Assembly: GCA_964372275.1 (NCBI GenBank)
Contig: CAYJRR010000005.1
Span: forward strand, 1 to 64,000
Direction: 5' to 3'
Source: an uncultured bacterium
Lineage (GTDB): Bacteria > CAYJRR01
Length of the DNA: 64,000 nucleotides
Within the stretch, counting starts at the first letter, position 1, and the number at the start of each line of letters is the position of its first letter. The position numbers were made by a program, and so were the translations under genes. Below, piece by piece: positions 1 to 8,290 of the stretch. A model generated the notes under the pieces. The model was given only the letters and a program-made list of their open reading frames with translations. It was not told the origin of the DNA and ran no database searches.

Positions 1-57
1 GAACCCGAAGATCGTCCCGATGTCGATGTCGCGCGGGGAGGTGACGATCTCCTCCGC
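1..57 (-). other. Short fragment resembling the C-terminal part of a FadB/FadJ 3-hydroxyacyl-CoA dehydrogenase (probable chimeric contig tip)
   Basis: Minus strand reads AEEIVTSPRDIDIGTIFGF, like the FadJ motif EGxIxSxRDGDIGAxFGxGF; does not continue as a plausible gene beyond ~57. Confidence 0.5.
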
Positions 58-59
58 GC

Positions 60-1148
60 GTGGAGATCGCCGAGTCGCTCGCCGCCGCGCAGGCGCGCGA
101 CGTCGGCGCCGCCGCCGAGGCCGCGGCGCGCGCCGGCGCCAAGGCCGACGCCCGCGGCGCTCACGGGCTCGTCGCCCGGGCCCGACAGGAAGAGGGATGG
201 GCGCGGTGGCACCGCGGGGAGCTCGACGCGGCGATCGAGCTGGCGGCCGAGGCCGAGACGCTTTCGAACGAGCGAGGAGACACGAGCGCCGCCGCGCGGG
301 CCGCCAACACCTCCGCCGCCGCCTTGTGGCAGCAGGGTCGCCTCGAGGAGGCGCTGGCCGCCAACGCCCGCGCGGTCGACCTCTATCGGCGCGCCGGGAC
401 GTCGCCGCAGACCCTCTCGTCGTTGGCATCGAACGCCGGTCTCGCCCATTGGCGCAAGGGGGACCTCGCCGCCGCGAAGGCGAAGTTCGAGGAATCGCTT
501 CCGCTCTGCCCCGAAGGGGACAGCTACTGCCCCTCGTGGCCGCTCTACGGCCTTGGCCGCGTCGCTCTCCTGTCCGGCGACGCGGTGGCGGCGCGTGCGC
601 GCCTCGACCGCGCGCTCGCCCTGGCGCGCGATGCCGGGGATCGGGTGCTCGTGGGCTATGCGCTGGCCGCGCTCGGCGAGCTCGCGCTCGCGGAGCGGAG
701 GCCGTCCGACGCGAGGGCCCGCTACCAGGAGGCGGTCGCCGCGCACGAGGCGCTCGGGCTCGTTCCGTTCGCCGCCGAGTCACGCCTCGGGCTCGCCGAG
801 GCCGCGCTCGCCGAGGGGCGCCTCGGCGACGCCGAGCGCGACGCGCGTGCCGCCCTCGCCGAGTTCCTCCGCGAGCGATCGCGCGACAACGAATCGCTGG
901 CTCGCGCCGTCCTCGCCCGGACGCTCCTCATCGCCGGCCGCGCGGCCGAGGCCGCGTCGGCCGTGCGCTGGGAGGGGCCGGAGACCGAAAGCCACCCCGC
1001 CCGCCTGGCCCGCCAGATCGCCGAGGCCGACGTCCGCGCCGCGGGCGGCGACCGCACCGCCGTCGCGCGTCTCCCCGCCCTCGCCGCCGACGCGGCGTCG
1101 CGCGGTTACCGGCTCCGTCTCGGCGCACGGACGTCGGGTCCGCCGTAG
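60..1148 (+). CDS. Tetratricopeptide-repeat protein, probably 5'-truncated
   Basis: Repeated TPR-like units (AAALWQQGRLEEA, GLAHWRKGDLAAA, LGRVALLSGD); in-frame stop at 42-44 inside the foreign-looking tip. Confidence 0.7.
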   Translation: MEIAESLAAAQARDVGAAAEAAARAGAKADARGAHGLVARARQEEGWARWHRGELDAAIELAAEAETLSNERGDTSAAARAANTSAAALWQQGRLEEALAANARAVDLYRRAGTSPQTLSSLASNAGLAHWRKGDLAAAKAKFEESLPLCPEGDSYCPSWPLYGLGRVALLSGDAVAARARLDRALALARDAGDRVLVGYALAALGELALAERRPSDARARYQEAVAAHEALGLVPFAAESRLGLAEAALAEGRLGDAERDARAALAEFLRERSRDNESLARAVLARTLLIAGRAAEAASAVRWEGPETESHPARLARQIAEADVRAAGGDRTAVARLPALAADAASRGYRLRLGARTSGPP

Positions 1149-2755
1149 CGTCCCGGCGATACGATCGACGCCGGGTCGAGGGCGCTACGGAGGGCGGCGA
1201 CCGTTCTCCAGTACGGGAGCGTCGGATCGACGACGCCGTCCATCTGTCCGCTGCCGACGCGGTAGGGGAGGAGGCCGAGGCGGCGGCCTTCGTCGAACAG
1301 GGAGCGCCAACACGCGTCGGCGCGGGCCGCGGAATCGGGATCGTCGCGGCGGAACAGGATCGGGACGGTGCTGTCGAAGCACCGTTCCGACTGGCTGGTG
1401 AGCGTGATCGGCGCCTCCATACCGTGCGCGGCACAGACACGCTTGGCCATCCCGACGAAGGCGCGCACCGTCGCGGGGTCGATCGGGACGAGCGGCGGAT
1501 ACCAGAGAAGGCCGCAGCCATCGCGGGCGGGATCGATCGGCGCGCCGGACTCGGGGCGCCGGTGGGCGCGCCAGTAGGCGAGTGGGAGGGCGATCCCGGT
1601 CGGCTGTCCGGCCATCAGGTCGAGGCTCCCGGCGACCTTCGAGGCGGTGAGGTCGAGGCGGGCCGAGAGCGACGTCGGCAGGAACGCAATCAGTCTGCGG
1701 GCGCGCTGCAGCCAGGTCCGTTCGACGAAGACCAGGCGCCGGACGACGGGGCGGAGAAGGCGCCGGACCACGGTCTTGGCGGCGGCGGCGATTTCGCGGG
1801 TGCCGTAGATCGCGCCGGCGCCGGTCCACGGGCCGACCTCGAGCCCGCGCGAGAGGGAGGCGATCTGCGCGCGGGTCAGCGTCGCGCCGGGTCGTACCTG
1901 GCCTTCCGGGTAGTCGACCGACATCGCCAGGATCCGGACGTCGTTCATCAGGTTGATCCCGCCGACGACTCCGGGCAGTCGGCGGAGAACCTCGCGCACG
2001 GCGACGACGGCGGCCTCGAGGTCCTCGTCTTTCGCGAGCCAGAAGTAGAAGCCGACCGTCCGTTCGGGGCGCCGCGCCAGCGCGATCGAGAGCGACGTGA
2101 CGACGCCGAACGCGCCTTGCGCGAACAGGCCGTCGAGGTAGGGGCCGATCCCCCACTTGTAGGCGCGGTCGGCCCGCGTCGCCCCCATCGCGGAAAGCGG
2201 CGTCCGGTAGCGCTCGCCGTCGGGGAGCACCGCCTCGACCGCGGTGACCGCCTGGAAATGGTCGGCGATCGGCGTGATGCCGTAGCCACGCTCCAGCGCG
2301 TTCCCCACCAGGCTCCCGTCGGGCCCCGCGCCGGTGACCGGGACGAGGAACGGCAAGCCCCGCGCGTCGAGCCAATCGTGCAGGTCGCGCTGGGTGACGC
2401 CGGGCTCGACCGTCGCCACGCCGAGCGCCTCGTCGACCTCGATCCGGCGCATCCTCGACAGGTCGAGGACGACGCAGCCGTCGGCGGCGGGGTTCGCGGT
2501 GCCGTATCCCCAATTGCGTCCGGTGGAGACCGGGTAGATCGGGACGCGGTGGCGCGCGGCGATGCGCACCGCCTCCGCGACCTGATCGGCGTCGGCGGGG
2601 CGGATCGCCGCGGGGATGTGGCGCGCGAGCCGGCTGGTGTCGACGGCGTAGCGTGCGGCGGCCGAGGCTTCGAGCACGTGCTCCTCGCCGAGAGCCGCGC
2701 GCCAGGCGGCGAGCGCCGACGTGAGCTCTCCGGAGGCCGGCGCGCCGACACTCAT
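1106..2755 (-). CDS. FAD-binding oxidoreductase, vanillyl-alcohol oxidase / p-cresol methylhydroxylase family (FeeG/CndG-like)
   Basis: PVSTGRNWGYG, VEPGVTQ, GSLVGNALERGYG, C-terminal LDPxxIxSPGRY. Confidence 0.85.
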   Translation of the reverse strand: MSVGAPASGELTSALAAWRAALGEEHVLEASAAARYAVDTSRLARHIPAAIRPADADQVAEAVRIAARHRVPIYPVSTGRNWGYGTANPAADGCVVLDLSRMRRIEVDEALGVATVEPGVTQRDLHDWLDARGLPFLVPVTGAGPDGSLVGNALERGYGITPIADHFQAVTAVEAVLPDGERYRTPLSAMGATRADRAYKWGIGPYLDGLFAQGAFGVVTSLSIALARRPERTVGFYFWLAKDEDLEAAVVAVREVLRRLPGVVGGINLMNDVRILAMSVDYPEGQVRPGATLTRAQIASLSRGLEVGPWTGAGAIYGTREIAAAAKTVVRRLLRPVVRRLVFVERTWLQRARRLIAFLPTSLSARLDLTASKVAGSLDLMAGQPTGIALPLAYWRAHRRPESGAPIDPARDGCGLLWYPPLVPIDPATVRAFVGMAKRVCAAHGMEAPITLTSQSERCFDSTVPILFRRDDPDSAARADACWRSLFDEGRRLGLLPYRVGSGQMDGVVDPTLPYWRTVAALRSALDPASIVSPGRYGGPDVRAPRRSR

Positions 2756-2774
2756 TCCCGGCTTCGCACTCCGC

Positions 2775-3644
2775 TCACAGCGTGCTCCGCAGACCGCCCA
2801 GACGCAGGAAGGCCTGCATCTGACGCAGGTCCTCCCGCCGCGGCGGCGGGAGCGAACGGGCCCGCTCCCGCAGTCTCGCCTTCGCCGGTCCGTCCACGTT
2901 TCGCACCGCGCTCTTCACCGCCACGATCAACGGACTCGGCCGCGTGGCGTAGACGCGCACGGCGGTCCCCAGGTGGCGACGGGCGTAGGTCGCCAGCTCC
3001 TCGACCGTGAAGGCGGCGCGCAACGACTGGTCGTAGTCGCGTGCGAGCAGCGGATCCTCGCCGGGGGCGGCCCGTTGCACGAAGTAGTCGACGGAGCGGA
3101 GGCTCTTCAGGCGCCCGAAGTCGGTGAGGTAGACGCCGCCGCCGGGCTTCAGCACCCGTGCCATCGCGGCGAAGCAGCGTTCAAGCAGCGCGCCGTCGGG
3201 AAGATGGTGCAGCGCCATCGACGACACCACGGCGTCGATCGAACGGTCGGCGATGGTGGCGAGCGTCGTCATGTCGTCGACCCGCAGCTCGATGTTCTTC
3301 ACCCTCCGCTCACGCGCCCCCGCCCGTCCGTAGCCGAGCATCTCCTCCGAAAGGTCGACGCCGACGAAGCGGGACTCCGGCAACAGCTCGGCAACCAGAC
3401 CCAGCAGCGATGCCGGACCGCAACCCAGGTCGAGGGCCGTCTCACCCGGACGCACCACCTCGCCGATCTGGTCGGCATGAAAGAGGTAGGCCCCGGCCAG
3501 CGCACCGTCGGCGCGCCCTGCCTTGACGTAGGCGGCGACGGCGCCGCCGTCGCTCATCACGACGTCCTGCTCCGGCTGGCGCGGAAACCGCTCACGTGAG
3601 AACAGCTCGCGCAGCACCGTCCGGACGAGCGCGCCGTCGATCAC
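2775..3644 (-). CDS. Class I SAM-dependent methyltransferase
   Basis: LDLGCGPA, GVDLSEEML, SSMALHHL; GTG start overlaps the upstream stop (GTGA), so the true start is internal to the 585-aa ORF. Confidence 0.85.
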   Translation of the reverse strand: MIDGALVRTVLRELFSRERFPRQPEQDVVMSDGGAVAAYVKAGRADGALAGAYLFHADQIGEVVRPGETALDLGCGPASLLGLVAELLPESRFVGVDLSEEMLGYGRAGARERRVKNIELRVDDMTTLATIADRSIDAVVSSMALHHLPDGALLERCFAAMARVLKPGGGVYLTDFGRLKSLRSVDYFVQRAAPGEDPLLARDYDQSLRAAFTVEELATYARRHLGTAVRVYATRPSPLIVAVKSAVRNVDGPAKARLRERARSLPPPRREDLRQMQAFLRLGGLRSTL

Positions 3645-4588
3645 GCCGCACCCGGCGTGGTCTGGCCGATCCGCGACGGGCGCGAGCGGCTCGTGCCGTC
3701 GGCGTGGAAGACGGCGTCGAGGAAGGGGTAGTGGTGCAGCAGCAGCTTCCCCTGCGCCGCCGGGATTCCGCGCGGGCGCGCGTCGAGCTGCTCGATGAAG
3801 TAGCGCAGGTCGGAGCGCGTCCACTCCGGCGGCGCCGCCGCATGCGACGCCGGCGGCAGCTCGATCTCCGGGAACGGCGCGTCGCAAAAGAAGCGGTAGA
3901 GATTGCGCGACGGGCGGGCGTCGGTTCTCCGGTCGTAAAGGGCGCGGAACCGCTCCGGCGCGCGTTCCAGGTCGAGGGAGAGGGGCGCCGACGGCGCGTC
4001 GGTGAGCGACGCGTAGAGCCGCACCGGTCCACGCGCGCGGAACCGAAGCACCGTTCCGTAGAAGTCGGCCGCCGACGGGTGGACGGCGATCGCCAGTCGA
4101 CCGATCCCCCGATGCCGCTGCGCCCACCGGAACATCAGGTTGTACATCATCAACGCGATCCCCTTGCGGCGGCGCGGCTCCGACACCGCCAGCGCGCCGA
4201 CCTCGGCGAACGTCGCCCCTTCGGCGCGCACCGCGGCGATCTCCTCCGGATGCGTCTCCTCCATCGGCACGCCCGCCGGCGTGTCTTCGATCAGGGTCAT
4301 CGTCCCCAGCACCTGCTGACCGCGCACCGCCACGAACAGCGCCGTCGTCGGAAGCACCGAGAACGGCGAGAATCGCATCTTGTTGTCCTCGGGGGCGAGG
4401 ATCCCGCGCCGTACGTAGGCGTCGTGCAGCAGGCGGAACGCCTGCTCCCGCTCCCAGCGCTCGGACGCGAGCCTGAACCGGACCGCCGCGATCTCCCGTT
4501 CGTCGAATCCCATCCCTCGAAGGTAGAACCACCGCCGGGCCGACTCGGGGAGCCGTCTCAGGAGCCGATCGCGAAGACCGGTACGCAT
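3641..4588 (-). CDS. N-acyl amino acid synthase, FeeM-like GNAT
   Basis: AFRLLHDAYxxRG, GTMTLIED, AEVGALAV, IAVHPxxxxFY motifs of the FeeM/NAS family. Confidence 0.75.
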   Translation of the reverse strand: MRTGLRDRLLRRLPESARRWFYLRGMGFDEREIAAVRFRLASERWEREQAFRLLHDAYVRRGILAPEDNKMRFSPFSVLPTTALFVAVRGQQVLGTMTLIEDTPAGVPMEETHPEEIAAVRAEGATFAEVGALAVSEPRRRKGIALMMYNLMFRWAQRHRGIGRLAIAVHPSAADFYGTVLRFRARGPVRLYASLTDAPSAPLSLDLERAPERFRALYDRRTDARPSRNLYRFFCDAPFPEIELPPASHAAAPPEWTRSDLRYFIEQLDARPRGIPAAQGKLLLHHYPFLDAVFHADGTSRSRPSRIGQTTPGAA

Positions 4589-4658
4589 CGGTGGGAGTCT
4601 ACTCCCGCCGTCGCGATCGCAGGTGTGTCGAACGCCCGGGGCCGCCCGGCCGGCCTGC

Positions 4659-5723
4659 CTACACCTCGCGGAAGAGGTAGGGGCGCACGGCGTCGATGCG
4701 GTTGTCGAACCCTTCCGGGTAGAGGAACCAGAGCGCTCCGGTGAGCGACGAGAGGAGCGCGTTGCCGTCCTGCGGGGTGAAGCAGAAGCCGAGGATCTCG
4801 CGGTCGCCGCGGGTGGTGATCGTCGGGAGCGAGACGACCGTCTGGGAGAGGATCCGGCCGAAGAAGCCGTGGTCGCGGCCGAAGGAGAAGACCTGGTTCA
4901 TCGAGGTCTTCTGCGTCACCGCCACCCGAGGGTTCTCCTTCAGGCGCGCGATCGCCTGGTCGCGCGTGATCTTCTCCTCGAGCGTCAGGTCGAACCACAC
5001 CGCGTGCATGTACTGGGTGTTCAGCTTGATCGCGCTGGAGAAGAGGTTCAGCGAAGCCCCGAGCGTGCGGAAGAGGTGGTGCGCATCGCGCGCGTGGTGG
5101 GTGCCGAAGTCGCGGTCGTCGTGCTTCCCCGCCTTGGGCGCGGGCGAAAAGTCCTTGTCCTGGGAGATGTCGTTCGCGCGGCGCATGCAGACGAAGCGCC
5201 CCTCTTGCAGGCGGATCTTGCCGTCGGTCCCGGCGGCGAGCGACTTGATCAGCACCGAGAGGTTGTGGGTGTTGCAGGAGACGACGTGAAGGAACTTGTC
5301 CTCGCCGCGGGTGAGCGCCTCGTCGTTGATCCCGCGGGCGTACATCTTCCCGAAGCCGAACTCCGAGCCCTGGGCGATGAATCCGAGCGGCCCCTTGATC
5401 TTGTTGTAGAGCGACGCCTTGTTCTCGTTCCCGGCCGGGGTGCAGTCGATCACCACGCTCGCCCGCTCGAGCGCCTCCATCTGCTCGTAGACCGGCTTGT
5501 GGCCGATCTTTTCGAACTCGGCCTTCGCCTCCTTGTTGACGGCGAGCTTCGCCCCGCGCCGGCAGAGGTCCTCGACCTTGGCCCGCTCGTCGGGGAGCGG
5601 CGTGCGCTTGTGGAAGGTGACCTCGTCGATCCCGAACGGCTCCCGCAGGTCGGTGAGGAGGCCGATCAGCGGCTCGCCGATCGTTCCGGTGCCGACGACG
5701 TGGACGATCTTCTTCTGGGCCAT
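4659..5723 (-). CDS. Archaeal-type (class II) glyceraldehyde-3-phosphate dehydrogenase homologue
   Basis: GTGTIG Rossmann loop, VIDCTP, IAQG, VVSCNT (catalytic Cys), RRAND, THHARD; GGAGG RBS before ATG 5723. Confidence 0.75.
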   Translation of the reverse strand: MAQKKIVHVVGTGTIGEPLIGLLTDLREPFGIDEVTFHKRTPLPDERAKVEDLCRRGAKLAVNKEAKAEFEKIGHKPVYEQMEALERASVVIDCTPAGNENKASLYNKIKGPLGFIAQGSEFGFGKMYARGINDEALTRGEDKFLHVVSCNTHNLSVLIKSLAAGTDGKIRLQEGRFVCMRRANDISQDKDFSPAPKAGKHDDRDFGTHHARDAHHLFRTLGASLNLFSSAIKLNTQYMHAVWFDLTLEEKITRDQAIARLKENPRVAVTQKTSMNQVFSFGRDHGFFGRILSQTVVSLPTITTRGDREILGFCFTPQDGNALLSSLTGALWFLYPEGFDNRIDAVRPYLFREV

Positions 5724-5833
5724 GGCCTTATCCTCCCAGGGCGAAGGTTCGAGGGGGGGCGCAAGATCTAGTGGAGCAAGGCGCATTTGTCAAACGTGCT
5801 ACCGTCGCCTTCGGCCGCGCGAGGCCGTTCGAG

Positions 5834-6205
5834 ATGCTGCGCGAGATCTTCAAATCGAAGTTGCATCGCGTGCGCGTCACCGACGCCGACGTCGACTACG
5901 AGGGGAGCATCACCCTCGACCCGGAGCTGTTGGAGGCGGCGGAGATCCTGCCGAACGAGCTGGTTCACGTCTGGAACGTGACCAACGGGAGCCGGCTCCA
6001 GACCTACGCCATGCCCGGAACGCGCGGCGCCGGGGAGTGCATCCTGAACGGCGCGGCGGCGCACCGGAACAAACCCGGCGATCTGGTGATCGTCGCGACG
6101 TTCGCCCAGATGACCGAGGAGGAGGCGCGGCGGTGGATCCCGCGAATCGTCTTCGTCGACGACCGGAACCGCCCGCGCAGGGGTCCGGGGAGCGCCCCGG
6201 TATAG
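5834..6205 (+). CDS. panD: Aspartate 1-decarboxylase
   Basis: KSKLHR...YEGSITLD (Gly-Ser self-cleavage site), NGxRLxTY, LNGAAA. Confidence 0.95.
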   Translation: MLREIFKSKLHRVRVTDADVDYEGSITLDPELLEAAEILPNELVHVWNVTNGSRLQTYAMPGTRGAGECILNGAAAHRNKPGDLVIVATFAQMTEEEARRWIPRIVFVDDRNRPRRGPGSAPV

Positions 6206-6294
6206 CCCGAAGGGCGAACCGATCCGCGGCGAGCGGGCCTCACGGTAGCGGATCGGGGACGAACGCTCGCTGCCGGCTGTGATCTTCGCCGGCC

Positions 6295-6329
6295 TTGATA
6301 TGTGTGTCGATATGTGTAAGAATATGTGT
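6295..6329 (+). promoter_or_regulatory. vapBC promoter with three ATATGTGT direct repeats (putative operator)
   Basis: ATATGTGT at 6298, 6310 and 6322 (12-bp period); TTGATA at 6295 and AAGAAT 17 bp downstream. Confidence 0.65.
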
Positions 6330-6333
6330 AGTC

Positions 6334-6531
6334 ATGCCGACCAATCTGCACATTGACGACACCCTCCTGGAAGAGGCGAGGCGTCTGGGAGGGAAGCGGA
6401 GCAAGCGGGAGACCGTGGACGAAGCGCTTCGGGAGTACGTCCAACGGCGAAAGCAGCGGCGGGTGCTCGGTCTTTTCGGCACCCTTCGCTGGGACGACCG
6501 ATACTCCTACAAGGATGAGCGACGCCGTTGA
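6334..6531 (+). CDS. vapB: VapB-family antitoxin
   Basis: MPTNLHIDDxLLxEAxxLGGxxSKRETVxxAL; overlaps the PIN toxin gene by 4 bp. Confidence 0.9.
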   Translation: MPTNLHIDDTLLEEARRLGGKRSKRETVDEALREYVQRRKQRRVLGLFGTLRWDDRYSYKDERRR

Positions 6532-6923
6532 TCCTGGTCGATACGTCGGTCTGGTCGCTGGCGCTCCGCCGTGACCGCCCGCCGGATTGTCGGGAGGTTC
6601 ACCGGCTCGAAGAAGCGATCTCGACAGGGGACACGGTGACCCTCACCGGCGTCATCCTCCAGGAGGTGCTGCAGGGCTTCTTCGACGAACGTCGATTCGC
6701 CGACCTTGAACGTCGGTTGCGGGCATTTCCGCTGATCGAGCTCTCGCGTGGGGACTACGTCTACGCGGCAGAACTCCGAAGTCGTTGCCGGACGAAGGGG
6801 GTTCAAGTTGGGACGATCGACGCGCAGATCGCGGCGGCCGCCATCGCCGCCGGTTGTCCGTTGCTCACTGCGGACGACGACTTCCGTCGCATCGCGGCCC
6901 AGTGCCCTCTGATGCTCGCGTAG
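6528..6923 (+). CDS. vapC: VapC PIN-domain toxin
   Basis: ILVDTSVW, ILQEVLQG, IDAQIAA, LLTADDDF acidic PIN residues. Confidence 0.92.
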   Translation: MILVDTSVWSLALRRDRPPDCREVHRLEEAISTGDTVTLTGVILQEVLQGFFDERRFADLERRLRAFPLIELSRGDYVYAAELRSRCRTKGVQVGTIDAQIAAAAIAAGCPLLTADDDFRRIAAQCPLMLA

Positions 6924-6951
6924 CGCCTTCGGGGGCTGATAACGTCCGGCT

Positions 6952-8268
6952 GTGGCGCGCACCGTCCTTCGCGGGATGACGATCCTTCCGGTCGACGACC
7001 GGAACGCCGTCCTCCAGGGCGACCTGGTGGTCGAGGGGGGCCGTATCGTCCAGGTGGGCGGTGCCGCGACCCTCTCGGCGGGAGAGGTCGTCGTCGACTG
7101 CGCCGGGCTCGTCGCCATCCCCGGTCTGGTGCAGGCACACATCCACCTGACGCAGACGCTGTTCCGCAACCGCGCCGACGACCTCGAGCTGCTCGAGTGG
7201 CTCAAGGAGCGCATCTGGCCGTTCGAGGCGGCGCACGACGAGGCCTCCTCCCTCGCCTCCGCGCGGCTGGGATTGGCGGAGCTGGTCGACGGGGGGACGA
7301 CGGCGATCCTCGACATGGGGACAGTCCGGCACCACGACGCCGTCTTCCGGGCCGCCGACGAGTCGGGGATCCGCTACACCGGCGGCAAGGCGATGATGGA
7401 CCTCGCCGCCGACGGCGTTCCGCCGGGCTTGACCGAGACGACCGCCGAGTCGCTCGATGCGAGCGAGGCGCTCGCGAAGCGGTGGCACGGCGCGGCGGCG
7501 GGGCGGCTGCGCTACGCCTACGCGCCGCGGTTCGTGGTGACCTGCAGCGACGAGCTGCTCCGCGAATCGGCCCGCCGCGCGAAACGGCTCGGGACGCCGG
7601 TGCACGTCCACGCCTCCGAGAATCGCGCCGAGGTGGGGCTGGTGCGCCGGCGCACCGGAACCGGCAACCTCGCCTGGTTGGAGACGACCGGGGTCCTGCA
7701 GGCGCCGGCGGCGGTCGCGCATTGCGTCCATCTCGACGACGACGATCCGCGCCGCCTGCGCGAGGCCGGCGCGTCGGCGGTCCACTGTCCGAGCTCGAAC
7801 CTGAAGCTCGCCTCCGGGATCGCGCCGGTCCCGCGGCTGCTCGAGGCGGGGGTCAACGTCGCGCTCGGCGCCGACGGGGCCCCGTGCAACAACAACCTCG
7901 ACGGGTTCCAGGAGATGCGGCTCGCGGCGCTGCTCCAGAAACCGATCCACGGGCCGCGTGCCTTGCCGGCGGCGACGGTGCTGCGGATGGCGACCCAGGG
8001 GGGCGCCCGCGCGCTCGGCCTCGAGGCGGAGATCGGAAGCCTCGAGCCGGGGAAGCGCGCCGACGTGGCGATCCTCGACCTCGGGCTCCCCCACTCGGCG
8101 CCTTGGCTCGACGCGGCCTCGGCCGTCGTCTACTCCGCAAGGCCGGCGAACGTCCGCCACGTGCTGGTCGACGGCGAGTTCCTGAAACGCGACGGCCGCC
8201 TGGTACGGGTCGACGCCGCGCGAGCGGCGGCCGAGGCCTCCCGCGAGATCCGGAGGATCGCGCCGTGA
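6952..8268 (+). CDS. Metal-dependent amidohydrolase (5'-deoxyadenosine/MTA-SAH deaminase-like)
   Basis: QAHIHLTQTLFR, HVHASE, AHCVH, HCPSSNLKLASG, LGADG: full metal-ligand set. Confidence 0.88.
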   Translation: MARTVLRGMTILPVDDRNAVLQGDLVVEGGRIVQVGGAATLSAGEVVVDCAGLVAIPGLVQAHIHLTQTLFRNRADDLELLEWLKERIWPFEAAHDEASSLASARLGLAELVDGGTTAILDMGTVRHHDAVFRAADESGIRYTGGKAMMDLAADGVPPGLTETTAESLDASEALAKRWHGAAAGRLRYAYAPRFVVTCSDELLRESARRAKRLGTPVHVHASENRAEVGLVRRRTGTGNLAWLETTGVLQAPAAVAHCVHLDDDDPRRLREAGASAVHCPSSNLKLASGIAPVPRLLEAGVNVALGADGAPCNNNLDGFQEMRLAALLQKPIHGPRALPAATVLRMATQGGARALGLEAEIGSLEPGKRADVAILDLGLPHSAPWLDAASAVVYSARPANVRHVLVDGEFLKRDGRLVRVDAARAAAEASREIRRIAP

Positions 8269-8290
8269 GCGGGCGTCGCGCGGTCCGGAG

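Noticed and set aside
2775-4532. Apparent 585-aa extended methyltransferase
   Set aside because: The N-terminal part is an alternative frame of the FeeM-like gene; the real start is the coupled GTG at 3644
6205-6936. Short inverted similarity flanking vapBC (CCCGAAGGGCG / CGCCTTCGGG) as transposon ends
   Set aside because: Only about 10 bp, imperfect and GC-rich, with no transposase or target duplication
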